Assembly: GCF_009914755.1 (NCBI RefSeq)
Contig: NC_060927.1
Reading direction: 5' to 3' (one strand)
DNA length: 64,000 nt
Source of the DNA: the human T2T-CHM13v2.0 reference genome, Homo sapiens
In this document: positions 19,416 to 28,869 of the stretch, in pieces
Layout: each line of letters opens with the position of its first letter
Numbering within the stretch: the first letter of the stretch is position 1
The notes under the pieces: model-generated
Seen by the model: the letters and a program-made list of their open reading frames with translations, nothing else
The model's database searches: none
Told to the model about the DNA's origin: nothing
Translations under genes and position numbers: made by a program

Positions 19416-21917
19416 ATACTCTTGGAGTGTTAAACATATTGGTCATTCCTAACTTCTTGCCATTATCAGTTTAAGAAGTTAGATTTAGGAAAGTGGAGTT
19501 TTTCAGCAAGGCTTGGAAGAGGAATTTCTTGGAAAAACAGAGAAAGCAAAAATTGGAGGAAGCAGGATGTCAGCTTCTTCTTGCTTTTGACCTTCTTCCA
19601 TTTGTGCTTTCTCAATAATACGATCTCATTTATTTCGGTATTTGTGGCTGCCCCTACTTTCTGGAACCCACTAATCCATCTTGCCAGAATTCCAAAGCAT
19701 CCCATTCTTCAATTTCCCTTTCTTTAACATGCAATTTCCCACACAAAAAGTAAAAGATTGTAATGGGAGAGAAAAGAAACATCCACTTTGGTCATGAAAT
19801 CCATCTGGATACTGATAAATGGTAGATATTTCAGAAAACTTTAAAAATCATGAGTTTTGAGGATCAGAGCAAAGGCACACGTAACTCAGCATGTCTAATG
19901 ATGGTGGCCAAAAATCTGTCAGTGGAGTCATCATGTGACTAAGATTAGAAGGGTTATGCAACTGTAAAGCTGGAAGGAACTTGTCTAGAACAGCGAGCCC
20001 CTCGTTGTATAGATCACAGAGCATTTAAACGGTGAGAGATGTCAGAAATCACCTAGTATCGTCTCCCATATACAGATGCAAGAACTGAAAATCAATGAAG
20101 TGATGGAATTTTCTCAAAGCGTAATCTCTTGTGAGTGGCAGAGACCCACCTCAAATCCAGGTTGCTTAATTTCAATAGTGTCAGTTTACCAAACGTTTAT
20201 TAAGTACCTCTTTGGGCCATGCACTGTCTGAGGCCCTGGTTTGAAGGAGCACTGGGATGAATAATACACAGCTCCTGCCTTCTTGGGGATTAAGATCTCC
20301 TTGCAGGGAAATACACATTCTCAAATATTTATAATATAGTTGTTTTGAAATAATAGAGCAAACATCAAGGTCTGGGAAGGACAGAGGAGGAAGCAATTAT
20401 TTGGCTGAGAGAAGTTGAAGGTTTTTCTTTCACAATAGTGCTTCTCATACATTATTATCTTCTATTCCATTAATTGCTTTTTTTTTAATGGGAGGTAAAC
20501 AAAACCTCTATTTGCTGGACTGTTTTAATAGGTGAGTGAGACTAGACAACAGGACCCCTAAGCTAAAAGGCAGAAGAGCCCATGCTTGCTGGTGAAATGG
20601 TGCATATAGCTTCTTCCTCTCCTCCCCTAACCAGGTAGTCTTTGCAGATGAACTTCATAGGCTTCCCCTTTACACACCCCCATACCTGCTTCCACACAGA
20701 CCATAGGGGGAAACACAGGATATCAGACAGAGCTACATCAAAGACCTTTGTAGCTCTGCCATCGGCAGGGTGATAGGAGAGACGCAAGGTGTGCAGGGTC
20801 ATGACCAGTGAGTCACTTGGGGCAGGTCAGGTCAGCAAGAGACAAGAGTCACACTTGGAGGAGACCATGGAGATAGAGAGTGCCAACTCTCAGTGACAGG
20901 CACTGAGACCCTGAGGCCCAACCATTTCATCCCAACATGTGTTTGAGAAGCCACCTGCTTGCTCACAGAAGTAGTTTCAACATTTTCTCTCCAATTTGGG
21001 TCAAATGCCTCATTTAGTAAAGAAACTCTGCTTTTCTAAAATATGAAGTGAACTAATTTCTGTTCAGCTTTTTATAAATTTTCAATCATGAGGTCCAAAT
21101 TAAAATGCTTTTCAAAGTATGACTAAAGTTGCAAGCTGTGATACATGATTGGTTAAATTTTATTTTTCACATTTTAAGAAAATAATTCCATATGTTTTTG
21201 CCAGCTCATTGAACTATCTTGGCAATGAATAGATCAGTATATCTAGGAATGATTGATACCATATGATTCTTGGGTATCATATTTTGATGATATTCTGCAA
21301 TGTTTCAAATTACCGAAACAGAAACCCACCCACACACACTGAGGCTCAAAATTTGCAGTTTTTGTCTTGATGGCTACATTTAGAGTTTAAACATCATCAT
21401 TAAAATTTTACAGGTGACATATCAAGAAAAATTAAGCCCACTAGTTGTGTCTCTTTGAAGGGAAAACATTCCTTCATTATAATGAATGAAATTGTATGCT
21501 AGGTATGAATGCTGGTGACCTCTAGAAAATGAACCACTGACCCATAAGTGGATGAGAATCAGCCAGAGTAAATGAGGCAGAAGTTTTCCCAGCGTAACTG
21601 GGCATGCTGGCAGGGCAGATTCTTGTTATAATTAAAAGAGATAGAGTGGTCAATAGGGAACATTTAATAGGAACAAACATGACTACATTGCCAAACTATT
21701 TTTCTGGTCCATTTTTCATTCTCATGTTATGCCATATATCTGGGTTTTAAAAGTGACACAAGCATTGCACATGAAACTAACACACATACAAGTGTACAGC
21801 AGAACCCAGGAAAAATTCAATTAAAATATGAACACCATCAATCACCAACTTGTTCAGAGCAAATCCCCATCTAAATCTGTACTGACCAATACAGTAGCCA
21901 TAAAAATGAGCATGTGA

Positions 21918-22110
21918 CCCTATGCAAATCAGACATCCCCTCCTCCAGACACTGCATATATTCCTGGCTGGTGTCTACCATACTTAGGGACCTCCTCTTT
22001 TGGCTTTGGAGCGCCCCACCCCCGCGTCTCTGTACAGGGGAGCCATTTTCTTCTGCCTTCTCTTTTCTTTCTTGCCTATTAAACTCTCTGCTCCATAAAA
22101 CCACACACAA
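21918..22110 (+). mobile_element. ERV1-class LTR fragment inserted with a 16-bp TSD (L1-type retrocopy)
   Basis: Perfect AAAAATGAGCATGTGA at 21902-21917 and 22111-22126. The insert is LTR-like (tatgcaaatcagaca..ttggctttggagc..tctctgtacaggggag..cttgcctATTAAActctctgctcc) and ends ~20 nt after ATTAAA. Confidence 0.75.
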
Positions 22111-22350
22111 AAAAATGAGCATGTGAAATGTGGCTAGACTGAATTAGATGTAATGTAAATGTAAAATACACTCTAGATTTCCAAGACAGCGTCAAGAAAA
22201 AAAAAAACAATGTAAAACATCTCAATAAATTTTTAATTATATGTTAAAATGATAATATTTTGGATATCTTGGGTTTAAAAAAATCATTAAAATTAATTTC
22301 ATCTATTCCTTTTTACTTTTGTTTTCTAATATGGCTACTAGGACATTTAA

Positions 22351-22709
<359 letters not shown>

Positions 22710-22851
22710 TGCTTATAGTATATTTTTATTGGCCAGTGCTGATATAAATGAAACATTTAGGTATGCAAAATAGTGTTTATCCACCTAACAGAACTGAAAT
22801 ATAAATTCCTATTAATTGATAATAACATGACAACACAAAGAAAACTTGCCA

Positions 22852-23014
22852 TGAGACCAGCCTGGCCCACATGGTGAAACCCTGTCTTTACTAAAAATAC
22901 AAAAAAAAAATTAGCTGGGCATGGTGGTGCACGCCTGTAGTCCCAGCTACTTGGGAGGCTGAGGCAGGAGAATCGCTTGAACCCAGGAGGGGTAGTTGCA
23001 GTGAGCCGAAAAAA
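22852..23014 (+). mobile_element. Truncated AluS fragment
   Basis: gagaccagcctgg..ctaaaaatacaaaaa..gcagtgagccga; both ends missing. Confidence 0.85.
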
Positions 23015-25533
23015 CTGGCCACGAAGTGATTGTTACCTTGATAAGTTACCTTTTCCATTCCTCTTACACTGGTAAGATTCTGTGAATTCAAATGTTTGCT
23101 TAATAACTTTCTAAAGGCACAATAAGAAAGAAGACATTCTGGGAAATGAATTGTGCACTAATTGTAAGTTGAGCTCTGGAAGAAACAGAAAAGAGTCATC
23201 CACCTGAGCTCTCTGGAGGTCCCTGCTTTTTGCTCCAAGGAAGCCACTACTGAGAAAGTAAGGTTAGATCTTTTATTCATTTATATGAACAGGGCTTATA
23301 CATTTCTATCAGGAAGAATATCAGAGGATTCTCATCCAAGCAAACGTTGATGAAACATCATTGACAGGGTAATGACATTCTGAATGGAAAAAACGTGAAC
23401 CACAAAGCTGCGTTGCAATGGGAGTGTAAACTTTGAGGGTGCAATGTGTCCCAAAGGCATGTTGATTAGAAAGTTTTAACACTGAGAGGGGTGTTTATTT
23501 AAATGAATATTATCCTCTTTGGGGAGTCCATTGGATCTATTTATTTTGGTTTTCCCAACTCTGTCTCATGCTGCATTGAAAAAGATACTTTTATGCTTAG
23601 GAAAAAAAAAAAAGCTCTACTGTAAGTATTCTTAGCTGGGCCTCACCAAAATGAATGAGATTTTTAACATGTATAGTATATACAGTACACTTAATATGTA
23701 TAGTCTATTGTATATTGATGGAGCTGTCACTGCAGAATGAACAAGTAAATGGAAGATTTTCTTCACTAGGCTAGGGGGAGAATGTCAGGGGTATCTGGGA
23801 GCTAATGAAATTCTGTGAGATAAGTGAGGGTACTGTTTAAACCCCACCAGTTCTGCAAGTCCTCACAGAAAGCAAAAGGAGGGGCACCCAATTAGAACAA
23901 CTTCATCCTTAGACAGGACAAGCATAGGACACAACCACAAAAATCATTCGCTAAACCCCAGAAGAATGTGGCTGTGTAAGGATTAAATGAGACAAAGCAT
24001 ATAAAGTGCTTAGTATGTAGTAAGTGTTCAGAAAACATCTTATTATTGTTTTGAAACATGTCCTATGGCATGAGTAAAGTTTATCTCCATTTCACTGTAG
24101 AAAATGTAAAGGCTCCAGAAAATTCACCAGTACCTTCTCCGCTTTTGTCTAAATTCATCTGTGAGAAGCTTTACTCACGCTTTGGCTGCCGGTGACTCAC
24201 GGTTAAATCATCTCTCTCAACTTTTTTCCTTTTCGGTTTTTTAATACAGTTGCATATCACATGACATTCTGCTTTGTTTTCTTCCTTCCCCTTCCCCAGG
24301 AAAACTAAGCAACTCTAACAGCCCCATTACCTTAATGAATAAAAGCCATTCAGTGAAAAGAACTGGTATCCACTTCATCAATTAAAAAGCTAACAACCAA
24401 TTCTTGGAAATTTTCTGGAGCCCTATGAAAATTCATATCACTTAGTAACCTATGTGAGCTGAAGGTTGGTGTCCAATGACTGCTAAGAAGATATAAGGAA
24501 TGTTGCAGAAATATAAATAGACCAGCACTGAAATTTAATTAGGCACTGCATATGTTAATAATAAATTCAATTAATTTAGCCTTCTACCTATACTAGAAAG
24601 AAAAAAAAAACCTGGGCAAAATAATAATTCATTTTAAATGCTTCAGTTGGTAACCTCCTTTCCTGAAGAGTGATTTATGCAGTAATTTACTGACTGTGTC
24701 TTCATAAGGTTGTTCCAAACCAGCCCTTCTGAAATAATAATAACTTCTGAATGTGTGTTGTAAGAGATATAACAAATGACTTCCTATTAATTTTCATTTA
24801 ATGAGTTGCCTATTCACATGGTAATTTTTAAAAATTCTCTTCTTAAGATAAACAGGTTATAAATACTGTGGATTACACTTCCATTTCACAAAAATCACAA
24901 CAAGAAAATCTCTCTCATATTCTCTACATGATTTGCAGGTCAATCAGTTTAAAATGTTCTATACTAAATAGGCATCCATTTCTTTCCCAGTTAGCACAGC
25001 AGATCATTTTAAATTTCTATAGCCAAATGATTCCAAATTAGTTAAAAATGAAAACTGAATATTTAGCAGCAGGAAAGGTCTTAGCAGGAATAATGGGAGG
25101 GAGTGGGGAGCAGGAAACAAAATCATGAGAAAGGTGGCAACCTGGTTAAATACGGAGCCCATGACCTTGGTTCTTTTTATAAAGAACAAAAAGCATAAAG
25201 ATCATTCTTTACAGCTTTCCTATTTCCCCAAGTTTACTTTTTTAAAAAGACTCCATAATTTTTTACATAAATATTAATACTTAAGCATCTTAATTGCCAA
25301 TATTTCCAAAAACCCTAATTATGTAACAATGAATTAACTCTATATTATAATAAAAAGCAAGTATAAAATAATAAAAACTAGGAAGAAGAAATTGCTCAGA
25401 GTCATAGGTTTTTCATATGGTTCACACCGATTTAAAAAGTCCTGCAGTAAACACGGCAAAATTCTCAAATATAATTCCTCGCAACACTGGGAAGAGTCTG
25501 CCTAAAGCATTAAATAACTCAAATGCAATTGCT

Positions 25534-25542
25534 ACTTACATG
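25534..25542 (-). other. CLRN1: CLRN1 exon 1 splice donor CAT|GTAAGT (phase 1)
   Basis: The plus strand reads acttac-atg at 25534-25542, giving perfect GTAAGT exactly where clarin-1 similarity ends. Confidence 0.95.
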
Positions 25543-25792
25543 AGAACCGAAAGGGCCTTGCTCCCAACCCACACTGCCTCACACCCTCTCCGTGGAAAAG
25601 CCCGTACTGCATTTCACCCATAAACTTGTCCAGCTCCTGCCCTGAGGCATTGACGAGCAGAGCTCCCGTTTTGCAGAGGACAGTGGCTTTGATCCACAAC
25701 GGTGTCCCCAAGGCTGTCACAACTCCGAGGGCACAAGCAAAACTGAACACTCCGGCCATGCAAAAAATGATTTTCTTCTGTTGGCTTGGCAT
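25540..25792 (-). CDS. CLRN1: Clarin-1 coding exon 1 (codons 1-84 plus 1 nt): first TM helix and start of the extracellular loop with the N48-A-S glycosylation sequon
   Basis: Translation MPSQQKKIIFCMAGVFSFACALGVVTALGTPLWIKATVLCKTGALLVNASGQELDKFMGEMQYGLFHGEGVRQCGLGARPFRFS is the human clarin-1 N-terminus. Start context ATC-ATG-C has A at -3. The match ends after 253 nt at a canonical donor (TCAT|GTAAGT), so the ORF track's final 'CK*' is intron read-through. Codon 48 is AAT (25651-25649), i.e. not the N48K allele. Confidence 0.98.
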
Positions 25793-26200
25793 GATGAGAA
25801 ACGGCTTCTGTGAGGGCGAGGTTCAAAAACAAGACCTTTGTGAGCAATGGGAAGGGACTGCCTCTTTGACTGCATTTATTACGGAAGCTGAACGGACAGC
25901 TCCCAGCTGAAAAGGCAACTTCACCATCGACGGTTCTCGCCAGGTTAAATGTCAGTAGATGAAGGCCTCATCATCACTCATACTTGGCTTTTCTCCTTTT
26001 CTGCTGCTTCTTCTCCCTAATTGGAAATCTTTGGACTAAGAATCTGTAAAACAAGTCTTTCAAACTGCCTTCAAGTATCTCCTCTGTGTCACTTGGTAAC
26101 AAAGGTCGAAGATAACAGATGGAGTCCTCAGTGTAACTTGATAAATGTTTCCCTTCCTCAGCCTTTTGTCTGATTGGGTGAGTTGAAACTTTCAGAAACA
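25793..26200 (-). promoter_or_regulatory. CLRN1: CLRN1 5' UTR and proximal promoter (TSS probably near 26080)
   Basis: Repeat-free sequence upstream of the ATG. The TSS position rests on my recollection of a ~290-nt 5' UTR, not on the sequence. Contains an X-box-like site at 26088-26100, GATA/E-box at 26110-26121 and CCAAT (minus strand) at 26173-26177. Confidence 0.6.
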
Positions 26201-26896
26201 GGCTTGAATCTGATGGTACATTTTCAGCAACTTGAGAAGTTCACTTATCGATGTTTTTATTTTTGTTTTTTGTTTGTTATTGTTTTTGGTGGTGGGGGAA
26301 GGAGCTTTAGCAGAGGTAGGGAGAACATATGTACCTGTATTGATAGTTGATGTCAAAAATTTTTAATTACAGCAGGATAAAAATATTAAACAGAATTTGG
26401 TCCTACACGAATATTAAGTGCTCTGGATCAACCATGGGTCCTTGTCCTTCCAACTTAATTTCTCCCAGATCCATGGTTTATACCTAATGTATCAATAGAG
26501 AATTTGATTCAAATTTTTCTTGGCATACAGAAATATGAAAATGCAGGAGCAGATATCTAGATTTCTAAATGCTTTCCTTTAACAGGCTTAGCTGCTTTAG
26601 GATAATAGCAAGGGAATGTGTTTCTGGGTCCAAGGAATACCAGGATCTGTAAAGATAAGGGCATATTGATGGAAAGAGGGATGGTGGTCAGATAGGTGAC
26701 TCTATGGATTCATCATAAAAATGCACAGGTCTCAGCAAAGGTAATCTATTTGGGAGACTAGAGACAGTTATGAGCAAAGATTAAGCAGCAGGTAGGTCTG
26801 GTTAAACGGTCAAGACCTGGAAACTAAAGTTCAGAATTCAGTAACAGCTTTTTAACTTTGCATTTCCAATGAGATTCCTCCTTCTACAGACACAGG

Positions 26897-26898
<2 letters not shown>

Positions 26899-26944
<46 letters not shown>
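26899..26944. repeat. (TG)n microsatellite about 1.1 kb upstream of the CLRN1 ATG
   Basis: 23 perfect TG units. Confidence 0.97.
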
Positions 26945-26946
<2 letters not shown>

Positions 26947-27095
26947 GTGTCTAGTGAATGTTTATTATATGCCATGTTATTGTCCTGAGCTCTGACCTAC
27001 AAAGTTAATGTTTAGTAAGAACTTATGTCTGGCAACTTGTGAAGTATTCTACCTAAATTATCATATGTAATTCTCATAATTAGCATATAAAGTAA

Positions 27096-27198
27096 TGAAG
27101 AAGAGGAAGAAGAAGAGGAGGGAGGAGGAGAAGAAGGAGGAGGAGGAGGAGAAAGGAAGAAGGAAGAAGAATAAGAAAGAAGAAAGAAGAAGAAAAAG
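27096..27198. repeat. Polypurine (GAA/GGA)n low-complexity tract inside a MIR (MIR resumes 27200-27320)
   Basis: About 100 nt almost exclusively A/G, followed by gaggctcagagagtttaagcaacttgc..ggagctgggattcaaatccagg. Confidence 0.9.
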
Positions 27199-27867
27199 CA
27201 ATTATTCGTATCTTATATATAAGGGAATTGAGGCTCAGAGAGTTTAAGCAACTTGCTGAAGAGAGTAGTGGAGCTGGGATTCAAATCCAGGTCTTCTACT
27301 TCTGAGGTTGATGTTCTATTCCAAGCAAAGCCCCTGACCTTGAAAAGATGGCAAACATTTCAGTTTGGGTTGGGTTCGTCTAGGAGTAACAGGGGCAGAC
27401 TAGCCCATTATTAGTTACACATATTGAGTGTTTGAAGAACACAGACATCAGTAAATAGAACTTTTTCAGTTGGCCAAAAGCACATGTGTATGCTAGCTTC
27501 TATTCTTTTGATCCACCTTTAAGCATGACAGCTTAGAGGAAATTAATAAATGAAGACTTATTTCACACCATTTTCAGCATAAATGAGTCTCTACGTTATG
27601 CACACTTCGAAGGGAACTTTGAGGTATAGACTCGGAGTACTGGTAAACTTCTCTCACAGCTCGCCTCTCCTAGGAGTCGCAACAGCCAGTCTCGTTAAGG
27701 ACAGACAACTAAGTATAGAACTCATTCTAGAATGCCAATGTACCTTCGGGGAGAAGAGGGGCAATATAAAACATGGCCACAGAAGAACTGGGCATATAGA
27801 AGATTCCAAAGAGGCACTTAAAATAAAGTTTACAATATTAGTAAGTCTTTTTTATTTTGTATAACTT

Positions 27868-28018
27868 AACACAGAATAAGCAACTCATCCCAGTTTATTT
27901 GGCCTTCCAATGAATTCACCACTGGATTTAGAATAATTGCTAGAACACAGAATAAGCAACTCATCTCAGTTTATTTGGCCCTCCAATGAATTCACCACTG
28001 GATTTAGAATAATCGCTA
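27868..28018. repeat. Two-copy 76-bp tandem duplication
   Basis: aacacagaataagcaactcatc.cagtttatttggcc.tccaatgaattcaccactggatttagaataat.gcta starts at 27868 and again at 27944, with 3 mismatches. Confidence 0.95.
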
Positions 28019-28701
28019 TCATGGTCCACTAGCAAAACAAGGGGGTGCCAGTGCCCCCGATAAGTGGTTATTTGGGCATATATGTGCCACAGTCACCCTA
28101 GAAAACTTAGTTTAAGATGTCTAAGCAGAGCTGAGCTTACTAAATCAACATATTCTGTAATTGGAAGAGACAGAACATTTCCAAAGCCTGGGAGAAGAAA
28201 TCACCTACAACTTAATCAATACTATTAATAACCTCTACTAAAGGATATGGCAAGAGAAGGATAGTTAGCATAGGACAGCGGTTTAATTAACCCAAACTCA
28301 GCCAAGTATATCTAAAGCTGTCCAAGGAGGAAAGCCTTGATTATGGGTGTAGAGAGCAATTAGATCACATCAGTTGCATCAGTTTGCATCAGTCTGTAGC
28401 GACATGTTCACTCGTCTGTAGAGACATGGGAAAAATAAATACAACATACTGAGTTACTCTTATATCCTGAAGTTAGGCCCTTCCTAATTTTTATTGTTGA
28501 AATTTTCTTTCTTTAATGAGATAATGGTAGTTGAATTTTTAATGATTTTATTTGACAAATTTAGAAACTGGCAAACCTATGTCTACTCCTGATTTAAAAC
28601 AAAACCAAATCAAACCCACTGCTCTATGACATAAAAGATCCCTGAGTGGAAAGGGTGAGACTCACCCTTTGAGGCCTAAAACCTCACCCTTTGCTTTGAC
28701 A

Positions 28702-28869
28702 CGGTGGTTCTCAGTTTTGCTGCTCATTAGAATCACTTGAGAAGATTTTAAAAGTACTGATGTCTGTGTCCTCATCCCTGAGATTCAGATTTATTTGATT
28801 TTAGAGTATGGCCTTAGCGTCGAATCACCCCAGGTGATTGCATTGTGCAGCCAAGGTTGGAAGCCACTG
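28702..28869. mobile_element. MER5A-like MITE
   Basis: gtggttctcag..cattagaatcacttg..ccccaggtgatt..gtgcagccaaggttggaagccactg. Confidence 0.8.

Noticed and set aside
25626-25910. 94-aa plus-strand ORF antisense to CLRN1 exon 1
   Set aside because: Starts at TTG and is largely the antisense shadow of the real coding exon; no independent support for a peptide.
27868-28018. Direct repeats as a CRISPR-like array
   Set aside because: Only two adjacent copies with no spacers, in a mammalian genome; a simple tandem duplication.
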